A stretch of 64,000 nt of DNA from an uncultured Winogradskyella sp. (GTDB taxonomy: Bacteria > Bacteroidota > Bacteroidia > Flavobacteriales > Flavobacteriaceae): contig NZ_CANLYI010000001.1 of the NCBI RefSeq assembly GCF_947495255.1, positions 550,044-614,043 on the forward strand, written 5' to 3'. The notes beneath the pieces were generated by a model that was not told the origin of the DNA, did not search any database, and saw only the letters and a list, made by a program, of their open reading frames with translations. Of the stretch, positions 38,963 through 48,796 are shown one piece after another. The position numbers and the translations under genes are program-made. Numbering within the stretch: position 1 is the stretch's first letter; the number at the start of each line of letters is the position of its first letter.

Positions 38963-39778
38963 ATGATACAAAACATTAAAAAAATAATCGTTCCATTAGC
39001 GTTGCTTTTGTCAATTCAAATTGGTTATTCGCAATTAGGTTTCTCTCATGAGATAGGAATTATTGCAGGACCAGTCACTTACCAATCCGATTTTGGTGTG
39101 AGGTCTGATCTTGAAACTAACATTGGTAATTCCGGTATTGGTCTAGGTCTTGTACATTACATGAATTTTGCATATCGCGCAGATTGTAACTGTTACACAA
39201 CTGACAAATACTTTAATGACCACTTTAAATTACGAAGTGAAATATCTTGGAACAAAACATCACTTACTCATTTCGGAAAATGGGTAGATCCAGATAAAAA
39301 CTCTGAAGATGCTAATCGTTTAAGAGGTCATACTGGAGAATCTCAAAACTGGGATATTGGTATGCAACTAGAATTTTTTCCAAGAAGTATTAGAGCTTTT
39401 GCCGCAGGTATAAATAAGTTTGCTCCTTTTGCAAGCTTAGGTGCACATTATGTTTCCTATAGACCCGAAACTTTTACGGATTATGTAAGTTCAGACCCTT
39501 TAAACCCAAATGATATTGGAAATCCGGATGACCCAAACAACTTTTACTCAGGTTGGGATCCTGGCTCTGTAGATGACATGAGTGGTTCTACTTGGTCTAT
39601 AGTAAGTAGTATTGGTACACGTTATAAACTTTCTGTACTTTCTGATTTTATGATTGACTTAAGATTACAATATTATTTTTCTGATTGGACAGATGGTTTA
39701 AACCACCAACTAGAATCTAATAAAGCTAATGATTGGATGGTATGGTTGAACTTCGGTTATATCTATTATTTAGATTAA
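38963..39778 (+). CDS. Outer-membrane beta-barrel protein of unknown function
   Basis: 271 aa. Signal peptide (...LLLSIQIGYSQ), alternating aromatic strands, C-terminal ...NFGYIYYLD. Confidence 0.55.
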   Translation: MIQNIKKIIVPLALLLSIQIGYSQLGFSHEIGIIAGPVTYQSDFGVRSDLETNIGNSGIGLGLVHYMNFAYRADCNCYTTDKYFNDHFKLRSEISWNKTSLTHFGKWVDPDKNSEDANRLRGHTGESQNWDIGMQLEFFPRSIRAFAAGINKFAPFASLGAHYVSYRPETFTDYVSSDPLNPNDIGNPDDPNNFYSGWDPGSVDDMSGSTWSIVSSIGTRYKLSVLSDFMIDLRLQYYFSDWTDGLNHQLESNKANDWMVWLNFGYIYYLD

Positions 39779-39801
39779 AAAACATATTATAACCTATAAA
39801 A

Positions 39802-39834
39802 AAAAGACCAAATCGTAAGATTTGGTCTTTTTTG
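39802..39834. terminator. Bidirectional terminator between convergent genes
   Basis: Perfect 11-bp stem aagaccaaatc / gatttggtctt with a gtaa loop, an A-run upstream and a T-run downstream. Confidence 0.8.
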
Positions 39835-39855
39835 CATTAAAATCTTTCTCTGTAA

Positions 39856-40995
39856 TTATCCAATAGCCTGTTTTAGATCCGCTATTAAATCAGCTTCATC
39901 TTCAATACCAACACTTAATCTTATTAAAGAATCTACAATCCCAGTTTTTTCTCGCTCTTCCTTAGGAATACTAGCATGCGTCATACTTGCTGGGTGACCA
40001 GCTAACGACTCCACACCTCCAAGTGATTCCGCTAAGGTGAAGATTTTTAAATTTTCTACAATCTTTATAGACGCTTCGTAATTATTTCCTTTTGTTGTAA
40101 AGGATACCATACCTCCAAAATCTTTCATTTGTGTTTTTGCAATATCATGATTGGGATGACTTTTAAATCCTGGCCAATACACATTCTCAATTTTAGGATG
40201 CTCATTTAGATATTCTGCTACTGCTCTACCATTTTCGCAATGACGTTGCATTCTTACATGCAATGTTTTAATTCCCCTTAAAGCTAAAAAAGCATCTTGC
40301 GGACCACAAATTGCACCACTTGCATTCTGTATAAAATATAAGCGGTCTGCCAACTCTTTATCCTTTACTACTAAAGCTCCCATTACCAAATCACTATGTC
40401 CTCCTAAATATTTGGTTGCCGAGTGCATTACAATATCAGCACCTAAATCTAAGGGCTGCTGTAAATAAGGTGTCGCAAAGGTGTTATCTACAGCTAAAAG
40501 CACATTATGTCTTTTTGCTATTGCGGCAGTCGCAACAATATCTATAATATTCATCATTGGGTTAGTTGGTGTTTCAACCCAAATCAATTTTGTGTTTTTT
40601 GTGATATAATCTTCAATACGTTCAGCATTATTCATTCCTACAAACAGAAATTTTATACCAAAGTCTTCATATATCTTAGTGAATAAACGATAGGTTCCTC
40701 CATATAAATCGCTTGTAGAAATCACTTCGTCTCCTGGTTTCAACAATTTTAAAACAGCATCAATAGCTGCTAAACCAGAACCAAAAGCTAAACCGAATTT
40801 ACCATTTTCAATACTTGCAAATGACTCTTCTAAAGCATGCCGTGTCGGATTTGCAGAACGTGCATATTCATAACCTTTATGTCCTCCTGGTGTAGATTGC
40901 GCAAAAGTAGAAGTCTGATAAATTGGTGGCATTATTGCGCCATAAGCAGCATCTGGTTTTTGACCACCATGAATTGTTTTTGTATTGAATTTCAT
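39856..40995 (-). CDS. Cys/Met-metabolism PLP enzyme (cystathionine gamma-synthase / beta- or gamma-lyase family)
   Basis: Start moved to the ATG at 40995 (MKFNTKTIHGG...). PLP-Lys motif SATKYLGGHSD. A TAnnTTTG box on the minus strand (complement of 41034-41041) nearly abuts the longer GTG start. Confidence 0.88.
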   Translation of the reverse strand: MKFNTKTIHGGQKPDAAYGAIMPPIYQTSTFAQSTPGGHKGYEYARSANPTRHALEESFASIENGKFGLAFGSGLAAIDAVLKLLKPGDEVISTSDLYGGTYRLFTKIYEDFGIKFLFVGMNNAERIEDYITKNTKLIWVETPTNPMMNIIDIVATAAIAKRHNVLLAVDNTFATPYLQQPLDLGADIVMHSATKYLGGHSDLVMGALVVKDKELADRLYFIQNASGAICGPQDAFLALRGIKTLHVRMQRHCENGRAVAEYLNEHPKIENVYWPGFKSHPNHDIAKTQMKDFGGMVSFTTKGNNYEASIKIVENLKIFTLAESLGGVESLAGHPASMTHASIPKEEREKTGIVDSLIRLSVGIEDEADLIADLKQAIG

Positions 40996-41109
40996 AATTA
41001 TACCGTATTTGAAATTTCGATTATAAATCACAACAAATTTAATGGATTATTCGTTCTTTCTAATTCTATACAATACCTTTATTGTCTATAATTTATAACC
41101 TCATTTACT

Positions 41110-41829
41110 GTGAAACAAATAATTCCTTTTTTGATTTTTATATTGGTTTTAAATTCTTGCTCTTCAGAAATAAAACCTGCGTCTTTTGAAACGATTTCAG
41201 TTACTGAAACATATGATGCCGCAATTACAGCAACTTACAGTAAGGCTGAAGGTAAAGACAAACTTAGTAAAACTATAAACTCAAATGTTGACAATGCTCT
41301 TGTTGAAACGTTAAGTACAGCTGAAAGTAAAAATGATTTAAAAACCATTTTAAAAGAATTCAATAAAGAATATCTAGATTTTAAAAAGGATTTCTCAGAA
41401 GAATCTGAACCTGTTTGGGAACTCGATATTGAAACAGAATTAGTTTATCAATCTGAAGCGATTATAACCATTGCAATAAGCACTTACGAATTTAAAGGTG
41501 GTGCTCATGGTAATGACCAAATTAAATTTTTGAATTTAGATGCCAAAACAGGGCATGTTTTAAACTTAGATGATTTTATTGAAAATAATGATGAATTTAA
41601 GGCACTCGCTAAATCACATTTTACAAAAACGGTTCAACTAAAAGATTCTGCTGTAAACATGGAAGATGTCTTCTTTGGAAAACCATTTCAGTTACCAGAA
41701 AACATAGGCTATAGCGATGATGGACTCGTTTTACTTTATAATGTTTATGAAGTAGCCTCCTATGACCAAGATTATATAGAATTTGTAATTCCGTTTGAAG
41801 AACTCGGTTCTTATTTAAAAATGGAATAA
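41110..41829 (+). CDS. DUF3298/DUF4163-type lipoprotein
   Basis: 239 aa. GTG start, lipobox VLNSC, hallmark YEFKGGAHGN. Confidence 0.65.
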   Translation: MKQIIPFLIFILVLNSCSSEIKPASFETISVTETYDAAITATYSKAEGKDKLSKTINSNVDNALVETLSTAESKNDLKTILKEFNKEYLDFKKDFSEESEPVWELDIETELVYQSEAIITIAISTYEFKGGAHGNDQIKFLNLDAKTGHVLNLDDFIENNDEFKALAKSHFTKTVQLKDSAVNMEDVFFGKPFQLPENIGYSDDGLVLLYNVYEVASYDQDYIEFVIPFEELGSYLKME

Positions 41830-43074
41830 TTATTTAGTTCTTGTTAATCGTTTTATAATAGGCCCAACGGTTAATCCTTGGCCAACAATAGAAACAACAA
41901 CGACTACATAGGTAATTACCAAAAATAATTCTCTATGCATTTCTGCAGTGAGACTAAGTGCTAATGCAATAGAGATTCCACCTCGCAATCCTCCCCAAGT
42001 CATTATTAAATTTGTTTTAGGCACAAAATCTAATCGTTTTTCGAAGAATTTAATTGGTATAAACAATGAAATATAACGACACAAAAGTATAATAGGGATT
42101 GCCAATAATCCTGCATAAATATATTTACCTTCTAAGGTAAGAATTAGCATTTCCATACCAATCATTACAAATAATACAGTGTTTAATAAAACATCTATAA
42201 GCTCCCAAAATTTATCAACGTAAGCTTCTGTAGTTTCAGACATTGCAGAGTTTCTTACAGTATCATTACCTACAATAAGACCAGCTGTAACCATTGCTAA
42301 TGGTGCAGATAAATGAAACTGATGCGCTAGCATAGTTCCACCCATTACTGTTGCAAGTGTAAGAATTACTTCAATTTCATAGTTGTCAATAGATTTCATT
42401 AAGCGATACGTAATCCAACCTAAAAACAATCCTAGAATAATACCTCCAATAACTTCTTGTCCAAACAAGGTTGCAATATCCGACAACTCAATAGCAGCAT
42501 CTGGTTTTGCTGCAATAGCAAAAATGGTTAAAAACACTACAACGCCAACACCATCATTAAATAATGATTCGCCAACTATTTTTGTTTCGAGCTTTTTAGG
42601 AGCTCCTGCTTTTTTTAAAATTCCTAAAACGGCTATTGGATCTGTTGGCGAAATTAACGCACCAAATAATAAACAATTGATAAAATCTACATCTAAGCTC
42701 ATTAGTTTTAAAACATAAAACATGGCAATACCAACTAAAAATGTAGACACTAAAACACCCAAAGTTGCAAAAGCCATAATTGGCCAGCGTTGCACTTTAA
42801 GTTGATTGAAATTGGTATGTAAAGCACCTGCAAATAACAGAAAACTCAACATAATATCAAGGAGAACTGTTTCAAAATCTATTAAGGCAATAAACTCTCG
42901 TTCCTTTATCAGTAAGGTATCATCAAACTGCGCAACACCAACTAAAACTACTGTAAACACAATAGTAATAACCATTAATCCTATTGTAATTGGCAGTTTT
43001 AAAAACTTGACGTTTATGTAACCAAAAAGTGCCGATAACACAATTAAAATTGTGGCAATTGAGTAGTAATCCAT
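41830..43074 (-). CDS. Na+/H+ antiporter (CPA1 family)
   Basis: 414 aa and highly hydrophobic. SPTDPIAV and ESLFNDG motifs typical of NhaP-type exchangers. Confidence 0.85.
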   Translation of the reverse strand: MDYYSIATILIVLSALFGYINVKFLKLPITIGLMVITIVFTVVLVGVAQFDDTLLIKEREFIALIDFETVLLDIMLSFLLFAGALHTNFNQLKVQRWPIMAFATLGVLVSTFLVGIAMFYVLKLMSLDVDFINCLLFGALISPTDPIAVLGILKKAGAPKKLETKIVGESLFNDGVGVVVFLTIFAIAAKPDAAIELSDIATLFGQEVIGGIILGLFLGWITYRLMKSIDNYEIEVILTLATVMGGTMLAHQFHLSAPLAMVTAGLIVGNDTVRNSAMSETTEAYVDKFWELIDVLLNTVLFVMIGMEMLILTLEGKYIYAGLLAIPIILLCRYISLFIPIKFFEKRLDFVPKTNLIMTWGGLRGGISIALALSLTAEMHRELFLVITYVVVVVSIVGQGLTVGPIIKRLTRTK

Positions 43075-43157
43075 AAAATATTATTTTTCTTAAATGTACT
43101 TAAAATTCCCTTTAAATACGGTTACTTTGTGGTTTCAAAATTATATAGATTTCTGAT

Positions 43158-43511
43158 ATGAAAAAAATATATTATTTAAGCACTTGTAATACATGTACTA
43201 GAATCATTGGTGAGCTTAATCTACCAGAAGGATTTGAGTTACAGGATATAAAAACCGAACCAATTACTGAGCAACAAATTGAACAAATGCGAGAACTTAC
43301 TGATAGCTATGAAAGCTTATTTAGTAAACGCGCAAGACTATACAAAGAGTTGGGCTTAAAAGATAAACCGCTATTAGAAGACGATTATAAAAACTACATT
43401 TTAGAACATTATACTTTTTTAAAACGACCTGTAGTACTTTTTAACAATAAGATATTTATAGGCAATTCTAAAAAAATAGTGGAAGCTGCAAAAAACGCCA
43501 TACATGCATAG
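43158..43511 (+). CDS. ArsC/Spx-family thioredoxin-fold protein
   Basis: 117 aa. N-terminal MKKIYYLSTCNTC...; size and motif fit the ArsC family. Confidence 0.7.
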   Translation: MKKIYYLSTCNTCTRIIGELNLPEGFELQDIKTEPITEQQIEQMRELTDSYESLFSKRARLYKELGLKDKPLLEDDYKNYILEHYTFLKRPVVLFNNKIFIGNSKKIVEAAKNAIHA

Positions 43512-44397
43512 TAGAGGCTTTGCCATTTTTGCGCTTATCATGGTTCAGGTTTTATATGGACTAAACTACACCTTTGCAAAAACGGTAATGAACGGAAACT
43601 TTGTACCACCTTTTGCATTAACTATTTTAAGAGTCGGAGGTGCTGCCATTCTATTTTGGGCTATTAGTATTTGGTTGCCAAAAGAAAAAATAGAACGTAA
43701 GGACTTTTTTAAATTTTTTATTGCTGCATTGTTTGGTGTATGCGTAAACATGCTTTTCTTTTTAAAAGGTGTAGAATTAACAACACCTATCCATGCCTCT
43801 GCAATAATGACCATTACGCCTGTTATTATTCTCATCTTATCATCCATTGTTTTAAAAGAAAAAGTAACGTTTTTAAAAATTGCAGGAATAACTATAGCCT
43901 TATCTGGTGCTTTAGTACTGACACTTTTTGGAGAATCGGATAGAACTGCAGACAACGTTGTTTTAGGAAATACTTTTATTCTCTTAAACGCCATATTTTA
44001 TAGTATTTACGTTATTTTAATTAAACAATTGACAAAAAAATATCATCCATTTACCTTTATAAAATGGCTGTTCCTTTTTGGATTCATAATGGTTTTACCC
44101 TTTGGATATAAAGAATTACAGGAGGTACAATGGCAAACTTTTACCCCATATATTTATTTCTCATTAGCATTTGTTATTGTTGGTGCTACTTTTGGAACCT
44201 ACCTCTTTAACCCAATAGCTCTAAATAAACTAAAAGCTTCGACTGTTGGTGTTTTTATTTACTTACAACCCGTAATTGCTGGTTTATTTGCAATAATTAT
44301 GGGAGCTGATAGTATTGACACCTTAAAACTCATTGCAATGGTTCTTATCTTTTCTGGCGTATATTTAGTCTCTATTAAACCTAAACAAGTCAATTAA
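43504..44397 (+). CDS. EamA/DMT-family transporter
   Basis: 297 aa. Ten hydrophobic segments in two repeated halves. The start overlaps the upstream stop (ATGCATAG). Confidence 0.85.
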   Translation: MHSRGFAIFALIMVQVLYGLNYTFAKTVMNGNFVPPFALTILRVGGAAILFWAISIWLPKEKIERKDFFKFFIAALFGVCVNMLFFLKGVELTTPIHASAIMTITPVIILILSSIVLKEKVTFLKIAGITIALSGALVLTLFGESDRTADNVVLGNTFILLNAIFYSIYVILIKQLTKKYHPFTFIKWLFLFGFIMVLPFGYKELQEVQWQTFTPYIYFSLAFVIVGATFGTYLFNPIALNKLKASTVGVFIYLQPVIAGLFAIIMGADSIDTLKLIAMVLIFSGVYLVSIKPKQVN

Positions 44398-44398
44398 T

Positions 44399-45532
44399 TT
44401 GTCTTTAAAATCTGAAGTATTTAAAACCGTTGATACTATTCCTCAAGCCTATTGGGATAGCGTTAAATGCTGCACCAATATTTACTATTCACCTGAATTT
44501 TTAAAAGCATTTGAAATTGCAAACACAGATATAGAATTCAATTATATATTCATATTAAAAGACAAAAAAGCCATTGCTTTTGCAAACACGCAAATTGTGA
44601 CGATTGGTATTGAAACCATTACCAAAAACATTACTGTGTCTGATAAAATTAGACGTATTGTAAATAATATGTTTTGCAGAAACCATATTCGTGTTTTATT
44701 CTGTGGAAATGTCTTTTTAAGTGGAGAATACGGTACCTTTCTTAAAAAAGGTGAAGACAAAATTGAAACTTTTAAAGCCGTTGCAGAAAGCGTTAAAAAG
44801 CTATCAAAAAACAAAAAAAAACTGAATGCTATTTTTGTAAAAGACTTTAAAAACGAATCGCTTTCTATTACAAATCATCTCAAATCTTATGATTATGCTG
44901 CCATGAAAGTAGAACCTAATATGATTATTAGTTTAAAACCGGAATGGCATTCTTTCGAAGATTATACCAATGCATTAAAATCAAAATACCGTGTAAAGGC
45001 CAATAGAGCCGATGCCAAAAGTGACGCATTAAAAACGAAATTATTTTCTGAAACAGATATTGAAACCTACAAACATCAACTTCAAGAGTTGTATCATAAC
45101 ACTATTGATAATGCTGATTTTAACGCTCAAGTTTTAAATCTCGATACTTATATACATCTTAAAAAAGCCTTCAAAAATCAATTTATAGTAAAAGGTTATT
45201 TCTTAGAAGATAAACTCGTTGGTTTTTTATCTGCTATGCAAAATGACACTCATCTCGACGCTCATTTTATTGGCATTGATTATGTTAACAACAAAGAATT
45301 TGCGATTTACCCAAGAATTTTAAATGATTATGTTCGCCTTGGCATCGAAACCAAATCAGACCAAATTAATTTAGGACGTACAGCTTCAGAAATAAAAAGC
45401 ACGCTTGGTGCACAACCCAAAACTTTAACTTGTTATTGTAAACACAAACGTTATTTACCTAATAAGATTTTAAAGCCATTTATAGAAAATGTACACATTA
45501 AATCTTTTAAGCAGCATTCGGTTTTTAAGTAA
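44399..45532 (+). CDS. GNAT-fold (FemAB/PF13480-like) acyltransferase-like protein; function unknown
   Basis: 377 aa. TTG start 1 nt after the EamA stop. The C-terminal half resembles FemAB-like GNAT domains. Contains an A9 run at 44813-44821. Confidence 0.45.
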   Translation: MSLKSEVFKTVDTIPQAYWDSVKCCTNIYYSPEFLKAFEIANTDIEFNYIFILKDKKAIAFANTQIVTIGIETITKNITVSDKIRRIVNNMFCRNHIRVLFCGNVFLSGEYGTFLKKGEDKIETFKAVAESVKKLSKNKKKLNAIFVKDFKNESLSITNHLKSYDYAAMKVEPNMIISLKPEWHSFEDYTNALKSKYRVKANRADAKSDALKTKLFSETDIETYKHQLQELYHNTIDNADFNAQVLNLDTYIHLKKAFKNQFIVKGYFLEDKLVGFLSAMQNDTHLDAHFIGIDYVNNKEFAIYPRILNDYVRLGIETKSDQINLGRTASEIKSTLGAQPKTLTCYCKHKRYLPNKILKPFIENVHIKSFKQHSVFK

Positions 45533-45536
45533 TAAA

Positions 45537-45556
45537 TTCCTGCGAAGGCAGTAATC
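45537..45556. repeat. Short hairpin repeat unit (ttcCTGCgaagGCAGtaatc)
   Basis: The same unit is seen at 47701-47723, and inverted at 47756-47775 and 21025-21049. Confidence 0.45.
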
Positions 45557-45597
45557 TTATCATAATTATAGATAAAACACTCTGTAATTATAAAAAA

Positions 45598-46083
45598 TTA
45601 CATTTCCATAGGCTTAGGCTTCACACCATGCTTGCGCGTATCTGCTTTAGTTAATACTTTAAAACTTTCAGACTTTGGAAATGTATTTGCTAATGTTAAC
45701 AAAGGTTCCGGTAAACCAGTTAATTTTCTTGCTTTTAAATCTATCCAACCACCTTGCATTTCGCAATACGCTAAATTTTCGCCTTTATGATTGTAAAAAT
45801 TATGTTCAAACATAAATAACATACCATCTTCACTTAAACCCGAAACTTCAATAGTTACCGTAATTGGCGTTCCTATAAAAGACTCTTTAAAATAGTACAT
45901 ATGTTCGTAAAAAACTACAGGGCCAACATTATGCTTCATGATTTCTGGCATAGAAAAACCTTGTTCAGAAAAGAAAGCCATCCTAGCGTGACTCATAAAA
46001 TTGGTATACGCAGAATTAGCTAAATGTCCATTAGCATCAACATCACTCCAACGAATTTCAAACTGTTTTTTATACATCTTCAT
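45598..46083 (-). CDS. Acyl-CoA thioesterase (4HBT hot-dog fold)
   Basis: 161 aa. ...FEIRWSDVDANGHLANSAY... is a typical YbgC/4HBT active-site region. Confidence 0.75.
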   Translation of the reverse strand: MKMYKKQFEIRWSDVDANGHLANSAYTNFMSHARMAFFSEQGFSMPEIMKHNVGPVVFYEHMYYFKESFIGTPITVTIEVSGLSEDGMLFMFEHNFYNHKGENLAYCEMQGGWIDLKARKLTGLPEPLLTLANTFPKSESFKVLTKADTRKHGVKPKPMEM

Positions 46084-46178
46084 AACTAAAATTTAAGAAA
46101 ACAAAGTTAAGAAAGTATCCTATGCATGCATAAGTGTTTGTAAAAATTTTAATACACTTTTAAAACAGTTCAATTTTG

Positions 46179-46186
46179 TACCTTTG
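46179..46186 (+). promoter_or_regulatory. -7 promoter box (tacctttg) for yicC
   Basis: Exact TAnnTTTG 24 nt upstream of the ATG at 46211. The ORF-track TTG start (46184) lies inside the box. Confidence 0.5.
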
Positions 46187-46210
46187 CGCAACTTTAATTA
46201 CAAAGTCTTA

Positions 46211-47068
46211 ATGATACAATCAATGACAGGTTATGGGAAATCTGTATTACAGCTCCCAACAAAAAAAATCTCTATAGAGTTAAAATCACTAAACAGTAAA
46301 AGTTTAGACCTAAACGCTCGTATGCCATCTATGTACAGAGCAAAAGAGTTAGAGGTAAGAAAACTTATTGCAAAAAACCTTGGAAGAGGAAAAGTAGATT
46401 TTTCGCTTTTTGTTGAAATTACAGGAGAAGACACTAGCTCTAAAATTAACAAAACTGTAGTTAAAGAATATATTAAACAACTTAAAGAAGTTGTTGATGG
46501 TGATACTACAGAGTTACTTAAAATGGCGATTAGATTACCAGATGCTGTAACGACTGAACGCGACGAGATTGATGAAGAAGAATGGTCACTTATCAGTAAA
46601 GAAATCAATGAAGCTATTACTAAAATAGTTGGTTATCGTAAAGATGAAGGTGAAACTTTAAAGCAAGATTTTATAGATAGAATTTCTACTTTAAGACGTT
46701 TACTAAATGAAGTAATTGCTATGGATCCAGATCGTATTGATGGTGTTAGAGCACGATTAGAAAAAGGAATTTCTGACCTTAAAGATAAAGTAGATGAAAA
46801 CCGTTTTGAGCAAGAATTGGTTTACTACATTGAAAAATTTGATATCACTGAAGAAAAAGTAAGACTAGATAATCACTTAGATTATTTTACACAGACTTTA
46901 AATTCTGACGATTCTAACGGAAAAAAATTAGGCTTTATTTCTCAAGAAATTGGTAGAGAAATTAATACTATAGGTTCAAAATCTAATTATGCACCTATGC
47001 AAAAATTAGTGGTTCAGATGAAAGATGAACTCGAAAAAATTAAGGAACAGATGTTAAATGTCCTTTAA
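46211..47068 (+). CDS. yicC: YicC-family stress-induced protein
   Basis: Start moved to MIQSMTGYGKS... C-terminal DUF1732-type ...EIGREINTIGSKS. Confidence 0.85.
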   Translation: MIQSMTGYGKSVLQLPTKKISIELKSLNSKSLDLNARMPSMYRAKELEVRKLIAKNLGRGKVDFSLFVEITGEDTSSKINKTVVKEYIKQLKEVVDGDTTELLKMAIRLPDAVTTERDEIDEEEWSLISKEINEAITKIVGYRKDEGETLKQDFIDRISTLRRLLNEVIAMDPDRIDGVRARLEKGISDLKDKVDENRFEQELVYYIEKFDITEEKVRLDNHLDYFTQTLNSDDSNGKKLGFISQEIGREINTIGSKSNYAPMQKLVVQMKDELEKIKEQMLNVL

Positions 47069-47105
47069 GGTCAATTGCAGTATTCAATAATCAAAACAAT
47101 ACATT

Positions 47106-47696
47106 TTGTCAGAAATTAAAAACGAAAAACAAGGTAAACTCATTGTGTTTTCAGCACCTTCAGGATCCGGAAAAACAACTATCGTTCGTCATTTATTAAA
47201 ACAACCAGAATTAAACTTAGAGTTTTCTATTTCTGCAACATCTCGAGAACCTCGCAGTAATGAAACTGATGGAAAAGACTATTATTATCTATCGCTAAAA
47301 GAGTTTAAGAACAAAATAAAAACTGACGAATTTTTAGAATGGGAAGAAGTTTATAGAGACAATTTCTATGGTACTTTAAAAACTGAAATTGAACGTATTT
47401 GGTCACATGGCAAACATGTAATTTTTGATATCGATGTTTCTGGTGGCTTACGTATAAAACGAAAATTCCCAGAGCAAACCCTTGCTATTTTTGTAAAACC
47501 ACCAGATTTAAATGAGCTGGTAAGACGTCTTAAAGACAGAGGTGAGGAAAGCGAAGAAAAAATTAGTATGCGTGTATCTAAAGCGCCTGCAGAATTGGCC
47601 ACTGCTCCACTTTTTGATAAAATTGTAATTAACTCTAACTTAGACGAGGCTTTAGAAGAATCTTATACTTTGGTCTCTGATTTTATAAAAGGATAG
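47106..47696 (+). CDS. gmk: Guanylate kinase
   Basis: 196 aa. TTG start, P-loop SAPSGSGKTT, ...YYYLS..EF......F.EW.EVY. Confidence 0.93.
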   Translation: MSEIKNEKQGKLIVFSAPSGSGKTTIVRHLLKQPELNLEFSISATSREPRSNETDGKDYYYLSLKEFKNKIKTDEFLEWEEVYRDNFYGTLKTEIERIWSHGKHVIFDIDVSGGLRIKRKFPEQTLAIFVKPPDLNELVRRLKDRGEESEEKISMRVSKAPAELATAPLFDKIVINSNLDEALEESYTLVSDFIKG

Positions 47697-47700
47697 TTTT

Positions 47701-47775
47701 GTCATTACTGCGAAGGCAGAAATTTACATTGAAACTATATAATATTAATTAAAAGATTCCTGCTTTCGCAGGAAT
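47701..47775. repeat. Pair of hairpin repeat units between gmk and nadD
   Basis: gtcattactgcgaaggcagaaat (47701-47723), plus the perfect 8-bp-stem hairpin attcctgc tttc gcaggaat (47756-47775). The tail ...attgaaacta matches 20839-20849. Confidence 0.55.
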
Positions 47776-47785
47776 ATAGCATTAA

Positions 47786-48364
47786 ATGAAAGTAGGTCTT
47801 TATTTTGGTACGTTTAACCCAATCCATGTTGGTCATTTAACCATTGCAAATCATTTAGCTGAGCATAGTGATTTAGACCAAATTTGGTTTGTTGTTACAC
47901 CTCTAAGTCCTTTTAAAAAGAAAAGTAGTTTACTAGATAATTATCATCGTTTAGAGATGGTTTATTTGGCTACTAAAGCATACAACAAGCTAAAACCTAG
48001 TGATATTGAATTTGGATTAAAACAACCCAATTTTACTATTGATACACTCACTTATTTATTTGAAAAATTTCCAGAACACGACTTTTCCTTAATTATGGGA
48101 GAAGACAATTTAAAGAGTTTTCATAAGTGGAAAAACTACGAACTTATTCTAGAAAACCACAGTATTTACGTTTACCCTAGAATATCTAATGGAAAAATTG
48201 ACACCCAATTTAATGACCATCCAAAGATCATAAAAGTTGATGCACCAATCATGGAAATCTCTTCAACCTTTATTAGAAATGAAATTAAAGACGGTAAAAA
48301 TGTAAGACCAATGTTACCTGAAAACGTATGGCAATTTATTGATGAAATGAATTTTTATAGGTAA
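47786..48364 (+). CDS. nadD: Nicotinate-nucleotide adenylyltransferase
   Basis: 192 aa. GTFNPIHVGH motif; ISSTFIR near the C-terminus. Confidence 0.9.
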   Translation: MKVGLYFGTFNPIHVGHLTIANHLAEHSDLDQIWFVVTPLSPFKKKSSLLDNYHRLEMVYLATKAYNKLKPSDIEFGLKQPNFTIDTLTYLFEKFPEHDFSLIMGEDNLKSFHKWKNYELILENHSIYVYPRISNGKIDTQFNDHPKIIKVDAPIMEISSTFIRNEIKDGKNVRPMLPENVWQFIDEMNFYR

Positions 48365-48385
48365 AAGAGAACCTTGTCATTAAGA

Positions 48386-48745
48386 TTAAAAATGATAAAA
48401 AGCATCCTCATAATGCGTTAACTGTTCGGTAGTTTTATTCTTTAAAACAGCAATGATATCGAATCTCGTTTCTAATTCTATATCATTTTCAGTAATAAAA
48501 GCGTCCATTGCTTTTACTAATAGTTTTATTTTACTTGGTGTTACAAACTCTTGTGGATCACCAAAAAAATCAGAATTTCTCGTTTTTACCTCAACACATA
48601 TCATAAAATCATTGTGTTTGGCTACGATATCTATTTCGGCTTTTTGAAATACATAATTTCTAACTACAATTTCATATCCTTTTTTTATAAGATAATCTGT
48701 TGCAAGTTGCTCTCCTAATTTACCAAGTTCATTGTGTTCTGCCAT
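48386..48745 (-). CDS. yraN: YraN-family (UPF0102) endonuclease-like protein
   Basis: 119 aa. ...GE..A..YL...GY.I..RN......EIDIVA......VEVK.. Confidence 0.8.
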   Translation of the reverse strand: MAEHNELGKLGEQLATDYLIKKGYEIVVRNYVFQKAEIDIVAKHNDFMICVEVKTRNSDFFGDPQEFVTPSKIKLLVKAMDAFITENDIELETRFDIIAVLKNKTTEQLTHYEDAFYHF

Positions 48746-48796
48746 GTTTCAGTCTTCAGTCAATAGTGTGCAGTCTTTTACTAACTGAATAAGTTC

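Noticed and set aside
41032-41109. Search for a SAM riboswitch upstream of the Cys/Met PLP gene, a glmS ribozyme upstream of glmS (2683-2696), and a cobalamin riboswitch upstream of the 18993 receptor
   Set aside because: The leaders are too short (14 to 115 nt, counted to the next ORF or to the revised ATG at 40995), AT-rich, and lack the conserved GC-rich helices of these RNA families.
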